Shown: positions 26,753 to 37,717, numbered from the stretch's first letter. The stretch: DNA of 64,000 bases from an uncultured virus (IMG/VR IMGVR_UViG_3300021519_000008) (IMGVR_UViG_3300021519_000008:1-64000); one strand, 5' to 3'. Program-made: numbers and translations. The notes: a model not told the origin generated them from the letters alone.

Positions 26753-27090
26753 GATAGGTTCCTTCTCTCTTCGAGAAGTAGTCTATTTTGACTTTCTATT
26801 CTAACTTATATTACAGCAGTTTTTAACCAAATAGCCTCTCAGAGGCTAAGTCTCTATTCTGTCCACTTATTGCCTACGGTCTATTAGTTGTAGGTTAGAG
26901 CACTGTAAACTTTATTAGAACATTTTGACACTATCGGAGAAACCTCTTTTCACCTCTGAGGGCTACTCATACAATCCAACTTCTAGCAGATTACTTTTAA
27001 ATCCTCGTCTGCGAACACAAAGATGTGATGTCACTACGAAGGTAACTACATTTTGTAGTCAACTGTTTGCTCTGTTGATAAATTGTGGAA

Positions 27091-27363
27091 TTAAATTCCT
27101 GCTGACTTCTGAGCATGCATGTAGTCAGTCTGTTGCATAGGTTGATCTTCATCTAAAAGTTCTGTTAAAGCTTCTTCAATGTAGTCAAATAGCATCTCTT
27201 CGTTATACTTCTTACGATAAGTAAATGTTTTAAAGCCATCATAGAGAGCTAATTTAAATCCTCCTATATCTCCTTCTAGCTTTACTTGCTCATCTTGGAG
27301 TGCTAGTAAGAAAATATCAAATACTTCCTGGGCATTTGGTTTTTTAATTTTATCCATCGACAT
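27091..27363 (-). CDS. Hypothetical protein
   Basis: 90-aa ORF with TATATTTG just upstream (about 27381-27388). Confidence 0.6.
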   Translation of the reverse strand: MSMDKIKKPNAQEVFDIFLLALQDEQVKLEGDIGGFKLALYDGFKTFTYRKKYNEEMLFDYIEEALTELLDEDQPMQQTDYMHAQKSAGI

Positions 27364-27506
27364 AACAAATCCTCCTTGTACAAATATAATCTTTAATTAT
27401 TTTTTGTCTAGACATAGTTTTTCACTAAAATAACCATAGGTGTTAAGAGTTGGGTTAACACGGTTAATATCTTAAGTTAAAAGTATTCTTTGAGTTAACA
27501 TATAAC

Positions 27507-27536
27507 TTGACTTTTTTTGTTAAGATAGTATATTTG
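27507..27536 (+). promoter_or_regulatory. Bacteroidota sigma-A promoter for the packaging operon
   Basis: TTG-N19-TATATTTG. Confidence 0.7.
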
Positions 27537-27559
27537 TTCATGTTAAACCAAACCAACCA

Positions 27560-27913
27560 ATGAAAGTAGCACGTAAATACGAAGAAGGAGTTAAGTTACA
27601 TCAGGCATACATTGATGTACTACTAAGACTTGCGGGATATAGATTATCCGATCTGTACACCAGTATATTAGCCCATAGTTCATTTTACGGTACTTTAGAT
27701 AAAGTAGTAAAAGAAAGAATCGCCAGTGAGTTTGACACATCAATACAAGTTATCTCTAATGGGATAACGAAGTTAAGAAAGATGGGCATCTTAGAAAAGA
27801 ATGCAGTCAACCCAAGATTGTGTCCTACTAGCAAGCAAGGTGTCACACTTACTCTGGTTCTTTCTACTTTAGATCAACCTGTTCTTAAACAAGAAGCTCT
27901 AGCAACTGCATGA
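27560..27913 (+). CDS. Winged-helix/HTH DNA-binding protein
   Basis: IASEFDTSIQVISNGITKLRKMGIL. Confidence 0.65.
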   Translation: MKVARKYEEGVKLHQAYIDVLLRLAGYRLSDLYTSILAHSSFYGTLDKVVKERIASEFDTSIQVISNGITKLRKMGILEKNAVNPRLCPTSKQGVTLTLVLSTLDQPVLKQEALATA

Positions 27914-28455
27914 CCTCAATAAGAGATACATACGAAACTATTGAAATTAAGACTTACGCTGCTTACTCTGATGTAGCAAAAGAAATGGGTCTTACTATTG
28001 ATAAGGTAAGTACTGTATACGAATGGTATCTAAAAAAAACCATAGAGGATATAGTAGAACTACCTACAGTTAAAGTTAGATTGTCTGGTTTAGGAGTTTT
28101 AGTTTTTAATCCTTCTAGAGCAATCAAACTAATAGCTAAGAAACTTAAGTCCGAGTATCTGTTAACTTATGAGACAGAAAGACAAGGACTCACAGCAATC
28201 AGAGGTTATGCTAACTACTACATGCTAGAAGATTGGCTTAAACTATTTAAAGAAAGATACGAAAGAGGACAATCCAAAAAACTCTACAACCAACAAACCA
28301 TAGAGTATATGGACAGAACATATCAGACACAATTATTAAACCACCAGAAATTATATGAATCCTTACAAAGAGTACATGGCCCTGAGCCTGAAGGGGCTAA
28401 AGAATTTGAACAAAGTATTGGAGGGAGTAGCAACGAAGACAGCGAATCAATTTAA
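27910..28455 (+). CDS. HU/IHF-like DNA-binding protein
   Basis: VAKEMGL...VRLSGLGVL. Confidence 0.55.
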   Translation: MTSIRDTYETIEIKTYAAYSDVAKEMGLTIDKVSTVYEWYLKKTIEDIVELPTVKVRLSGLGVLVFNPSRAIKLIAKKLKSEYLLTYETERQGLTAIRGYANYYMLEDWLKLFKERYERGQSKKLYNQQTIEYMDRTYQTQLLNHQKLYESLQRVHGPEPEGAKEFEQSIGGSSNEDSESI

Positions 28456-28732
28456 ACTACTAAGCAATGAAAAACAGAACATTATCGCAGACAGAATGGA
28501 CATTTGCATTAATTGTCCCTACAATTCGAGAAACGCAGTCACTTCTACCGAGTATGTACAACTCACAGGCAAGCACTACAGCACTGACAGAAGTGAACTT
28601 CACTGTTCGTTTTGTGGCTGCATCTGTACCTACAAAACGGCATCTCTATCTTCAGATTGTGGAATAGCAGATTGGAACGCAGATCATCCCTTACATAAAA
28701 TAGAATTAAAATGGAAAAGCACAGAAAAGTAA
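28355..28732 (+). CDS. Cys-rich putative zinc-binding protein
   Basis: RMDICINCP...CSFCGC...SDC. Confidence 0.65.
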   Translation: MNPYKEYMALSLKGLKNLNKVLEGVATKTANQFKLLSNEKQNIIADRMDICINCPYNSRNAVTSTEYVQLTGKHYSTDRSELHCSFCGCICTYKTASLSSDCGIADWNADHPLHKIELKWKSTEK

Positions 28733-28839
28733 CCATCAAGAACGGTTGCGACAAAAAACCAGGTAGCAAGTGTGGAGTTCAGATCTACTTCTTGCCTGCC
28801 GACAAACCTTTAACTAAGGTTTCTTCTAAAGCAAAATAA
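28711..28839 (+). CDS. Small hypothetical protein (42 aa)
   Basis: Manual ORF MEKHRKVTIKNGCDKKPGSKCG... fills the gap. Confidence 0.4.
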   Translation: MEKHRKVTIKNGCDKKPGSKCGVQIYFLPADKPLTKVSSKAK

Positions 28840-28840
28840 G

Positions 28841-29044
28841 ATGACAGACAACCAACCAACCTCCCAGCCATATGTAAACTTTACTTTGCAAGATAACTTA
28901 TTCGAGACGTTTAAGATATTTTGGAAAGCAGGATACTCATATAGTAAAACAGGCAGAGATGAAGACTTCTATGCACGTGTGCTAGAAGACATCATGAATA
29001 TGTCTCAAGAAGAATTTTTAAAGAAATACTCAAATGGCCGTTAA
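28841..29044 (+). CDS. Hypothetical protein
   Basis: 67-aa ORF in the operon. Confidence 0.55.
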   Translation: MTDNQPTSQPYVNFTLQDNLFETFKIFWKAGYSYSKTGRDEDFYARVLEDIMNMSQEEFLKKYSNGR

Positions 29045-29351
29045 GAAATTATCATACATATCAGCAGAACTAGAGTGGGCAGAACAACGCTTAACTGAGT
29101 GGAGAGGTTATATAGATAACAACCCTATTAACTCTTTGAAAGATAGAATTGAATGGAAGCCAACAGCTAAAGGTGGAACTATGCCTATGGTTATTGCTAG
29201 CCAAGAATCTCAAATCAAATCTTTAAGAGATACTATGAAAGAGTACTTAGCTCTTTTAGAGGTAGTAGATAGGTTGAGGGAGAAAGAGGAACAGAAAGCA
29301 GAAGCTAGAGGTTCTCAAGAGATTAACGGTAAGATGAAACAATTCAGTTGA
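29034..29351 (+). CDS. Helical protein upstream of terL (possible terminase small subunit)
   Basis: Position and coiled-coil character only. Confidence 0.45.
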   Translation: MAVKKLSYISAELEWAEQRLTEWRGYIDNNPINSLKDRIEWKPTAKGGTMPMVIASQESQIKSLRDTMKEYLALLEVVDRLREKEEQKAEARGSQEINGKMKQFS

Positions 29352-29352
29352 T

Positions 29353-31362
29353 ATGCATGCTAATCTAGAAAGTCCAGAATTCTTTATTAATGTTAAGTCC
29401 TTCCCTGAGATTGGCTCAGAGGAGTATGATGCATTTTGGGAGAACGAAGACAAAAAGATTACAGAAGGTGTAACTATTAATGGATTCTATTTCTCGCCTT
29501 TTATTTATTGGCACTTAAACTACTGGTCTATATACATAGATACAATGGTAGGTAAGCGTCAAATTAGAAAGCTAGACAAACCTCAGCTTTGGGATACCTA
29601 CTTAGCAGTAGACGAAACTATCCACAAAGCAGAAAATCACGTAGACGGAAAGAAAGGAGTTGTGATGGTAGGATCAAGACGTATCTCTAAGTCAGTTTTA
29701 ACTTCTTCTTATATGGCTCACAAAGCCATCACACAGAAAGGTTCTGACAATTTGATATCTGCGCTTAACCAACCTGACTTAAAAGTAATCACAGACTATG
29801 TAGACTTAGGTATTAGAAACCTTCCTGACTACTTTAGATTTCCTCGTATTGAGGATGACTGGAAGAGACAGGTAACTTTAGGATTTAAAGACAAGAGAAC
29901 TAACTCTCGTAATGAGTGGTCTAAGTTTCACGTACGAAACTTTGATGAAGGTAACAATACGGAAGCAGCGGCAGGTCTTACTCTATCTTCATTTCTTTTA
30001 GAAGAAGGAGGAAAAGGAAAGATCCTTTCTTGCTTAGCGGCAACTACTCCTTGTTTTGACAGTCCTTATGGCTGGCGTTGTTCTCCTTTCGTAATTGGAA
30101 CTTCTGGAGATATGACTAAGGCAGCAGATCTAGAAGAACTCTTTAACAATCCTGAAGCCTATAATTTTCTTCCTGTAGAATCTAATGAAACAGGAAAGTC
30201 TTATGGACTATTTATTCCAGGTACACGTTCTTTGAAAGTTCCAAAGCAAGAAACTCCTCTAGGACTTTACTTAGGTAAGGAAGAAGCTTCTGAGTTAGAT
30301 ATAATTAAGATCTGGGTAGCAGACGAAGAGAAAGGAAAAGAACTTATCTTAAAGTCTAGAGAACAGACTAAGAAATCAAACGGATTAGAAGCTTACTTAA
30401 AAGAAGTAATGTACTATCCTTTGAATCACGAAGAGTGTTTCTTAGAACTATCTCAGAACATATTCCCTGTAGACTTACTTCAAGAACAACTACAGAAATT
30501 AAGTGCTCAAGAAATTCAAGCAGACAACGTAGAACTTTTCATCAACTCTGAAGGAAAGATAAGACACAAGTTTACAGACAAGAAGCCTGTTATTAACTTC
30601 CCTGTTAAGTCCACAGATCCTATTGAGGGTTGTGTTCAGATTTGGGAATATCCTCTGTCAGAAGCCCCCTATGGACTTTATACAGCAGGAACGGATCCAT
30701 ACAAACAGTCTCAAGCACACTACTCAACTTCTTTGGGTTCTACTTATATTTATAAGAGGGTTCATAATCTAAGTGGAGAGGGATGGCAGAATATAGTTGT
30801 AGCTTGTTACACAGGTCGTCCTAAGAAGATTGAGACTTGGTATGAGATGACTAAGATGCTTCTTAAATATTACAATGCTAAGACTCTTTGTGAAAACATG
30901 GACTATGGTTTTATCCAGCATTGTGTAGATAAGAATGAATCTCCTAAAGTCCTAGAGAAGACACCTAAGTTCCTGAATGACATCCATCCTAACTCTACAG
31001 TAAACCGTGACTACGGTATTCACATGACCAAAGACATTAAGAACTATTTGATGTCTCTTATTATCGAATACATAACCGAAGTAATAGAAGTAGAAAGAGA
31101 TGAAGACGGAGCTATCATAAAAGAAAGACTAGGAGTAACTAGAATCTTAGATCCTCTTTTGATTAAGGAGTTAATTAAGTTTACACCTAAGTTAAACGTT
31201 GACCGAGTTATTTCATTTGGATTAACTTTAGCTATGGCTAAGACTCTTACTACTCAGGTTATTATTTCCAACTCTAGTGACGACAATAGAATACAAGCTT
31301 ACTTCAGAGAGAAGAAAGGAAACTCGTTGTTCCGTACAACCTCATCCCCATTTAGATACTAA
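29353..31362 (+). CDS. terL: Terminase large subunit
   Basis: Walker A-like GSRRISKS, Walker B FLLEEGG, motif III IGTSG, nuclease AGTDPY and NVDRV. Confidence 0.9.
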   Translation: MHANLESPEFFINVKSFPEIGSEEYDAFWENEDKKITEGVTINGFYFSPFIYWHLNYWSIYIDTMVGKRQIRKLDKPQLWDTYLAVDETIHKAENHVDGKKGVVMVGSRRISKSVLTSSYMAHKAITQKGSDNLISALNQPDLKVITDYVDLGIRNLPDYFRFPRIEDDWKRQVTLGFKDKRTNSRNEWSKFHVRNFDEGNNTEAAAGLTLSSFLLEEGGKGKILSCLAATTPCFDSPYGWRCSPFVIGTSGDMTKAADLEELFNNPEAYNFLPVESNETGKSYGLFIPGTRSLKVPKQETPLGLYLGKEEASELDIIKIWVADEEKGKELILKSREQTKKSNGLEAYLKEVMYYPLNHEECFLELSQNIFPVDLLQEQLQKLSAQEIQADNVELFINSEGKIRHKFTDKKPVINFPVKSTDPIEGCVQIWEYPLSEAPYGLYTAGTDPYKQSQAHYSTSLGSTYIYKRVHNLSGEGWQNIVVACYTGRPKKIETWYEMTKMLLKYYNAKTLCENMDYGFIQHCVDKNESPKVLEKTPKFLNDIHPNSTVNRDYGIHMTKDIKNYLMSLIIEYITEVIEVERDEDGAIIKERLGVTRILDPLLIKELIKFTPKLNVDRVISFGLTLAMAKTLTTQVIISNSSDDNRIQAYFREKKGNSLFRTTSSPFRY

Positions 31363-31382
31363 ACTAAAACAAATATACTAAA

Positions 31383-33836
31383 ATGATTATTGAAGCATTT
31401 AAAGAGCATGTAGATCCCGTCAATCATGCCTACTTCTACCCTGAGCAATTTGTAAGCTTGGAGTATAAGCAGTCTGAAAAGTGGGTAAAGTCTACCATGG
31501 ACTATTTTGCAAATATTGCATTTGCACAATATAAACAGAACGTAGAATTTAGAAAGAACTACCGCTTACTTAACGGAGAATTTAACTTTGCTGACTATAC
31601 AAACGTTGCAGATTATCAAGAGCTAATCAGCTATTTAGAAGATGCTCCTAATCAGGATCCAGATGTTCCTCAGCACTTAAAGCACTATCCAATAGTAAAC
31701 CCTCCTATCAATCAGTTAAAAGGAGAGTTGATTAATCGTCCTCACAAATACAAAGTAAAAGCTGTAGATGATGAAGCGATTAACGAAACTATTGACTTTA
31801 GAACTGACTTAATCAAGGAACACTTCTTAAAAAATCTTCAAGCTCAACTAGAAGGACAAGAGATTGATCCTGAACAGAGAGCACAGATGGAGCAAGACAT
31901 TCAGAATAAAATCTTGGATTATACTTCAGTGGCTGAAGAGTGGGGTAACAAAACTCTTAATGCTCTTAAATATCATTTTAACTTTAAAGAAAAGTCTCAA
32001 CAGTCATTCCTAGATTTCTTGGTAACAGGTAAAGAGTTTCACCACTTTTACCCTGACAATTCTCGCTTAGGATTTAACTATAAAGTAGAGAACCCTTCTA
32101 ACGTATGGTACTTAGGTAATCGTAATGCTCAGTACACTTCTGATTGTTGGGCATTAGGTCTTATTGAAGTTCTTTCAATGACTGAGATTGTAGATCGTTA
32201 CACCTTAACAGGAGAAGAAGTAGAACACCTAAGAGATCGTTCTCTTCAGAATTTAAGAAATAACGAATACTCTCCTATGGCTCCTGCTCTTCCAGATCCT
32301 AATGATCCTTTGTGGCAGTTAACATTTGAGAACGTAGGTGACTTTGCTAACGGAGGTATTGACCATAACGTATTCTCTTTTAACTCTCAGCATGCGTACA
32401 CAGTAGTTACCGCTTACTGGCAGTCTAAGAAAAAAATCTTTAAGAGAACTTACTTAGATGAAGAGGGATACCAACAAGAAATGTTTGTATCTGAAGAATA
32501 TAAGTTAAACAAAGACTTAGGAGATATCTCTATTGAAGAACTTTGGATGAATGAGTGGTGGAGAGGAATTAAAATCGGAGCAAACATTTACGTAAACGTA
32601 GAACCTTTAGAATTTATTCAAGATTGTCCCCTAGTAGGAATTATTAACACTTCTCGTAACACTCAAGGTAAATCTCTTCTAGATCTTCTTAAGCCTTACC
32701 AGGTTCTTTATAACATTTGTATGAACCAGTTATGGGAATTACTAGAGAAAGAAATTGGAGTAGTATTCTTAGGTGACCTTAAAGTAGTTCCTAAGAAAGA
32801 CTCTCAAGATCCTATCGAGACAATGTTGTGGAATGCTAAGAACAGAGGTACTCTTTTGATTGATACTTCAATTGAGAATACAGGAGGAGCTGTACAGTTT
32901 AACCAGTTCTCTCGTATTGACCTTACACGTTCTCAAGAAATTCAAGCACGTATTCAATTGGCTCAACAACTTCGTCTAGAAGCCTACGAGTTAGTGGGTA
33001 TTACTCGTCAACGTCTAGGTAACTCACAGGCATCAGATACAGCAACAGCTGCTAACAATGCTTTGATTCAATCTTTTGCTCAGACAGAAACTTGGTTTGC
33101 TTGGCATGACAACGTACTTCAGAAAGTATATCAGTCTATCCTAGACATGTCTCAGTACATTGAATTGCAGAAACCTACTTCTACGCTTAACTACCTTAAC
33201 TCTGAACTAGAGAGTGTATTCTTAAGAGTAAGTAAGAACGAACTCCTTCATGAGTTGTTTGTATTCGTATCCTCTTATGCAGAAGACAAAGTAACCCTAG
33301 AACAGTTAAAGCAATTGGCTCAGCCTGCTATGCAGAATGGAGCAGAGCTTTCTGAGATGGTAGACTTATTTACTGCTAACTCTGAAAGAAGTCTTCGTAA
33401 GACTTTAGGTGATGTACAGAAACGTAAAGAAGAAATTCGTCAACAAGAGCAAGCTCTTAAGCAACAACAGTTGGATCAACAACAACAACAGTTTGAACAG
33501 AAGATGCAAATGGATGCTGCTCAGAAAGCAGAAGACGCTCAACGTGATGACATGAACAAACAGTTAGATCGTGAGAACAAACTTCAGATTGTACAACTTC
33601 AAGGTATCGCTAACGAAGGTTCTTATAATCCTGACGTAGATACAACTAATCTTCTTATCCAACAAACTAAAATAGCTCAAGATCTTTCTAAGAGTCAATT
33701 TGATAAAATAACTAAAGATAAAGAGATGGGTTTGAGAGAGAAAGAGTTGTCTCTCAAGGAGAAAGACATCGACACCAAGCTAAAAATAGCTCAAACAAAT
33801 AAAAATAAGTACGATTCTGGCTCAAAAAAGCGCTAG
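31383..33836 (+). CDS. Portal protein
   Basis: 817 aa after terL; GITRQRLG motif; Q-rich coiled-coil C-terminus as in crAss-like portals. Confidence 0.9.
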   Translation: MIIEAFKEHVDPVNHAYFYPEQFVSLEYKQSEKWVKSTMDYFANIAFAQYKQNVEFRKNYRLLNGEFNFADYTNVADYQELISYLEDAPNQDPDVPQHLKHYPIVNPPINQLKGELINRPHKYKVKAVDDEAINETIDFRTDLIKEHFLKNLQAQLEGQEIDPEQRAQMEQDIQNKILDYTSVAEEWGNKTLNALKYHFNFKEKSQQSFLDFLVTGKEFHHFYPDNSRLGFNYKVENPSNVWYLGNRNAQYTSDCWALGLIEVLSMTEIVDRYTLTGEEVEHLRDRSLQNLRNNEYSPMAPALPDPNDPLWQLTFENVGDFANGGIDHNVFSFNSQHAYTVVTAYWQSKKKIFKRTYLDEEGYQQEMFVSEEYKLNKDLGDISIEELWMNEWWRGIKIGANIYVNVEPLEFIQDCPLVGIINTSRNTQGKSLLDLLKPYQVLYNICMNQLWELLEKEIGVVFLGDLKVVPKKDSQDPIETMLWNAKNRGTLLIDTSIENTGGAVQFNQFSRIDLTRSQEIQARIQLAQQLRLEAYELVGITRQRLGNSQASDTATAANNALIQSFAQTETWFAWHDNVLQKVYQSILDMSQYIELQKPTSTLNYLNSELESVFLRVSKNELLHELFVFVSSYAEDKVTLEQLKQLAQPAMQNGAELSEMVDLFTANSERSLRKTLGDVQKRKEEIRQQEQALKQQQLDQQQQQFEQKMQMDAAQKAEDAQRDDMNKQLDRENKLQIVQLQGIANEGSYNPDVDTTNLLIQQTKIAQDLSKSQFDKITKDKEMGLREKELSLKEKDIDTKLKIAQTNKNKYDSGSKKR

Positions 33837-33850
33837 AATGATCTGAAATT

Positions 33851-33882
33851 GGGGGGTTTGTGAGCTACAAAATCCCCCTTTT
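33851..33882 (+). terminator. Intrinsic terminator
   Basis: GGGGGGTTTGT...ACAAAATCCCCC followed by TTTT. Confidence 0.6.
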
Positions 33883-33972
33883 CAACATATTGTATATAAC
33901 GTATCATAAATAATTAATCTCTTGTGTTAATTTTTTAAAATACTATTTTTGAATTAAACCAAACTAACTATT

Positions 33973-35124
33973 ATGACTAATGATAATCCATTAGAGAACT
34001 TAGAGTTCTTTGACAGTTTTTCCGTGGATGATCCTTTCGAGGATGCCGCAGAAGATCCCAATGCCAACGTCAAACCAGACATCTTAAATGGGGAAGATTA
34101 CGATCCCCTAGCTGAGGAAACAGAACCAGAAGGTTCTGAAGATCCTTTAGAAGATGATGATTTACCTTTACCTAAAAAGAAAACTCCTCCTCCTGTAGAA
34201 GAAGAGGAAGAAGAGGAAGAAGTAAACTTAGAGGATGACGAAGAAGAAGGAGAAGAGAATCAATTTGAGATTTTTGCCAATGGTCTAATACAAGCAGGAA
34301 TGCTTAACGTAGAAGAAGGCGAAGAAATCGAATGGAATGAACAAACCTTCTTAGCTAAGATGAATGATACCATCGAAGACAAGGCTTGGAATCAACTAGA
34401 GCAACTTGCAACAGAGACCTACGGAGAAGCAGGAGTACAGATGATCGAAGATATCTTCATCAATAAAGTTCCAGTACAAGAATACCTACAGAAGTTCTCT
34501 AACGAACAGATTGTAGAAAATGTAGACTTGAGTGTAGAAGCAAATCAGGAAAGAGTTTTCCGTTTGTATCTAGCTAAAACAGGAATGGACGAAGAAGAAA
34601 TTACAGATCAACTTAACTACGCTAGGGACAATGATCGCTTAGAAGCCTACTCTCAAAAATACCACACTAAGTTGGTAGAGAAAATGCAACAAGAGAGAGC
34701 AGTACTTGCTCAAGAAAGTGAAGCAAGGGTTCAAGTGATGAGACAGAAAGAAGAAGAAAGAGAACAGTTATATGCAGACGTATTAGATGGAGCAATTGCT
34801 TCTGGTACTATTGAAGGTTATCCTTTAAACGAACAAGCTGCAAACGAACTATTTGATTTCGTTCTTTCTAAGCCTCACGTTCTTCCAAATGGACAACGTA
34901 TTAGTGAGTTTGAATACAAACTAGCTCGTATGCGTCAAGAAGATCCTAGTAAGTTCTTAGCTGTAGCAAAACTAGTTCAAAGCAATTTGGACTTGTCTCC
35001 TGTAAAAAGAAAAGCAGTAACAGAAGAAACCAATTCTCTGTTCAACAACCTTAAAACTAAGAGCAAGAAGTCTTCACCTTCTAATAAAGCAAACGAAGAT
35101 GTATTCTCAAAGTATTTCAAATAA
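33973..35124 (+). CDS. Acidic putative capsid scaffolding protein
   Basis: D/E-rich N-terminus; lies between portal and MCP. Confidence 0.7.
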   Translation: MTNDNPLENLEFFDSFSVDDPFEDAAEDPNANVKPDILNGEDYDPLAEETEPEGSEDPLEDDDLPLPKKKTPPPVEEEEEEEEVNLEDDEEEGEENQFEIFANGLIQAGMLNVEEGEEIEWNEQTFLAKMNDTIEDKAWNQLEQLATETYGEAGVQMIEDIFINKVPVQEYLQKFSNEQIVENVDLSVEANQERVFRLYLAKTGMDEEEITDQLNYARDNDRLEAYSQKYHTKLVEKMQQERAVLAQESEARVQVMRQKEEEREQLYADVLDGAIASGTIEGYPLNEQAANELFDFVLSKPHVLPNGQRISEFEYKLARMRQEDPSKFLAVAKLVQSNLDLSPVKRKAVTEETNSLFNNLKTKSKKSSPSNKANEDVFSKYFK

Positions 35125-35153
35125 ACAAAACAAAACAAAAATAAATTACTACT

Positions 35154-36683
35154 ATGCCTAATCAAAGTATTCCAAGGGTTAACGGGAGAGTTATAGCTAA
35201 CGCCCACATGACCAGCTCATTCTATTCTAAGAATGGTTTGGGTAAATTGACTGACAAGAATTTTGTTGAAACTATGTTGCGCACTAAGCCTGACCAGTAT
35301 GACAAAATGATGATCCGTCTATTCACTGACACTAAATTGTACTCTAACGATTTGATCGACCTAGTTATGAAGAGCGGTAAGCCTTTCATGGTTAACGATC
35401 CTAACGGTGTGTTCACCTACAAAATCAAGAAGCGTGCCGAATTGCCTAAAGTTATTGTTAACTTGGCTTCTAGCATTGCTAAACCTGGTATTGATGGACA
35501 AGAGTTTGAAATCGTGTTTGACAAAAATGTATTCGTTGTAAACGATATCATCACTGCACATCGTTATGAGCAAGAAACTCAGATCCAAGTTGTAGCTGAA
35601 GGTGAAAAGTATCAGAATGGCTTTAAGTTCCGTGCTCGTGCAATTGGTGCTTCTAGTTCTGATTTCGTTAACCAACGTTTCTTACAAGTAGGTACTGAGT
35701 ACTTCAAGATTGGTAACATCTTGGGTGAGTACACCACTTCATTCTCTAGCTTGGGATTGTTTGATGGTAACTTGGAAGTTATGGCTGATGTATTGCAACA
35801 GTATGGTGTTGAACACACTATCACTGACTGGGCTGATGCAACCAAATTGGGTATGCAGACTGACGCTTCAGGTAATCCTTTGGACATCACTTACTACTCT
35901 GTAACTGATCCTATGGCTATGGGCGAAAAGACCAAGATCGTTGGTTGGGAGCCTACAGTATCTCGTTTGCTTCGTATGGAGATGATGCGTATGAAGGCCA
36001 ACACTTTGATGTGGGGTCGTCAAGGTAACGCTAAAGATGAAAAAGGTCGTCCAACTCGTGCTAAGCAAGGTTTGTGGCAACAACTTCACTTGGGTAACGT
36101 TATCTATTATGATCGTGGTCAGTTCTCTTTGAACTTGATTCGTGCTGCTGTTGGAGATTTGTTCTACAACCGTGTATTGATCAAAGATCGTAGCGTTAAA
36201 ATCTACACTAACCGTTCTGGTATGGAATTAGCAGCTACTGCTATCCGTAAAGACTTCAACGGTCAGAACTTTATGGTAGATGCAGGTAAGTTCATGGATG
36301 GTAAAGATCGTTTGAAGCAAGGTTATGCTTTCCAATTTGATCACTTTATGACTACTGAAACTGGTCCAGTTGAGTTCGTAGAACTAGAGCAATTGAATGA
36401 GCATGCAACTTTCTTGGAATTGGGTCCTAACAAGAAGACTCCTCCAATCTTCATCATTTTGGATATCAGTGGTCAAGATGACGCTGGAATTCGTGAAGTG
36501 AAATTGTCTACTCGTCCTAACATGTACTATCAGTATATCCCAGGTTCAGTAGGATTCGGAAGCCAACAAACTGTTGTTGCTAGCAAAGATCCTTACTCCA
36601 CCTACATGATGAAAGATTTCGCAGGTATCTTCTTGGAAGATCCTACTAAGTCAGTAATCATTAAAGAATTCCCTCGTATCTAA
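35154..36683 (+). CDS. Major capsid protein (crAss-like)
   Basis: 509 aa, strong high-expression codon bias, synteny; hairpin at about 36698-36723. Confidence 0.9.
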   Translation: MPNQSIPRVNGRVIANAHMTSSFYSKNGLGKLTDKNFVETMLRTKPDQYDKMMIRLFTDTKLYSNDLIDLVMKSGKPFMVNDPNGVFTYKIKKRAELPKVIVNLASSIAKPGIDGQEFEIVFDKNVFVVNDIITAHRYEQETQIQVVAEGEKYQNGFKFRARAIGASSSDFVNQRFLQVGTEYFKIGNILGEYTTSFSSLGLFDGNLEVMADVLQQYGVEHTITDWADATKLGMQTDASGNPLDITYYSVTDPMAMGEKTKIVGWEPTVSRLLRMEMMRMKANTLMWGRQGNAKDEKGRPTRAKQGLWQQLHLGNVIYYDRGQFSLNLIRAAVGDLFYNRVLIKDRSVKIYTNRSGMELAATAIRKDFNGQNFMVDAGKFMDGKDRLKQGYAFQFDHFMTTETGPVEFVELEQLNEHATFLELGPNKKTPPIFIILDISGQDDAGIREVKLSTRPNMYYQYIPGSVGFGSQQTVVASKDPYSTYMMKDFAGIFLEDPTKSVIIKEFPRI

Positions 36684-36766
36684 TTAACGATTCTATAAGG
36701 GAGGGGTTTAATCACTCCTCCCAAATAGATAAAGATTAGAACCCAAAAAACCAAAAACCAAACCAA

Positions 36767-37705
36767 ATGAGTAACAATAACATCAAGGGTATGCGCATTA
36801 TTCGCCCTTACAAAAGAGAACCATCTAACATGCGTACGTTAGAAGGATCATTGTACCAGAATGGATATGCATTCATTCCAGGAACAACAAGAAAGTTTTA
36901 TCCTCGTGTAGATTCACGTGGAGTTATTAGGACAGGATTAGATGAGAACTCTCCAAAAATCAGAGCCATCTTTGATCCTAAAGTAAAGGAAGCTGAGGTA
37001 CAACGAATCAAGCAATTGAAAGATTACTATGAGTCGATCCTTGACGAATCTTTAGAACCTAATAGTACGTTCTATGACGAAATGAAAGAAAACGGAGTTA
37101 CCCTAGAAGATGGTGAAAACATCTTTAACATGGAGAACCCTCGTGAAGCTGTAAATTTCTATTGGATTATGGAGACTGATATGGTAGCCAATTCATTAGA
37201 TGACATTGAAAGTGGAAAAGTAGACACCTCAATTGTAAAATTCTATGTTTACAATGGAGAAGTTGAAACAAAGGTAACCTTTGAACGCAAGAAAAAGATC
37301 AACAGCGCTATTGCATCTCTCGATAAGATGACTGCAGTTAAGCGTAAGAAGATTCAGAAACTTATCGGCTTAGGATTGCCAATGGATAGTACAGAAGAAG
37401 AAGTTTACAATGCTATAGATGAATTCTTACGTACACCTGCTAGTGCAATGGACAGAGATCCTATTGAACAGTTTGCAAAGATCACCTCTTATAGTGATGA
37501 CTTGCTTGATGTTAAGGCTCTTGTTAAAGACCTAGTAGATAAAAACATAGTAAGAATTAAAGGTTCTATCATTTACGAAGGTGAGCATGTATGGGCTAAG
37601 TCAATTGAAGAGTTTGAACTTTTCTTAACTGACCCTAAGCACACTGAAGAATACGATTCCTTTAAGGACAAATTAAAGAATAAAGCTAGAATTGATTCTC
37701 TCTAA
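36767..37705 (+). CDS. Conserved crAss-like capsid-module protein
   Basis: Immediately after MCP; synteny. Confidence 0.6.
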   Translation: MSNNNIKGMRIIRPYKREPSNMRTLEGSLYQNGYAFIPGTTRKFYPRVDSRGVIRTGLDENSPKIRAIFDPKVKEAEVQRIKQLKDYYESILDESLEPNSTFYDEMKENGVTLEDGENIFNMENPREAVNFYWIMETDMVANSLDDIESGKVDTSIVKFYVYNGEVETKVTFERKKKINSAIASLDKMTAVKRKKIQKLIGLGLPMDSTEEEVYNAIDEFLRTPASAMDRDPIEQFAKITSYSDDLLDVKALVKDLVDKNIVRIKGSIIYEGEHVWAKSIEEFELFLTDPKHTEEYDSFKDKLKNKARIDSL

Positions 37706-37717
37706 TAAACATAAACT

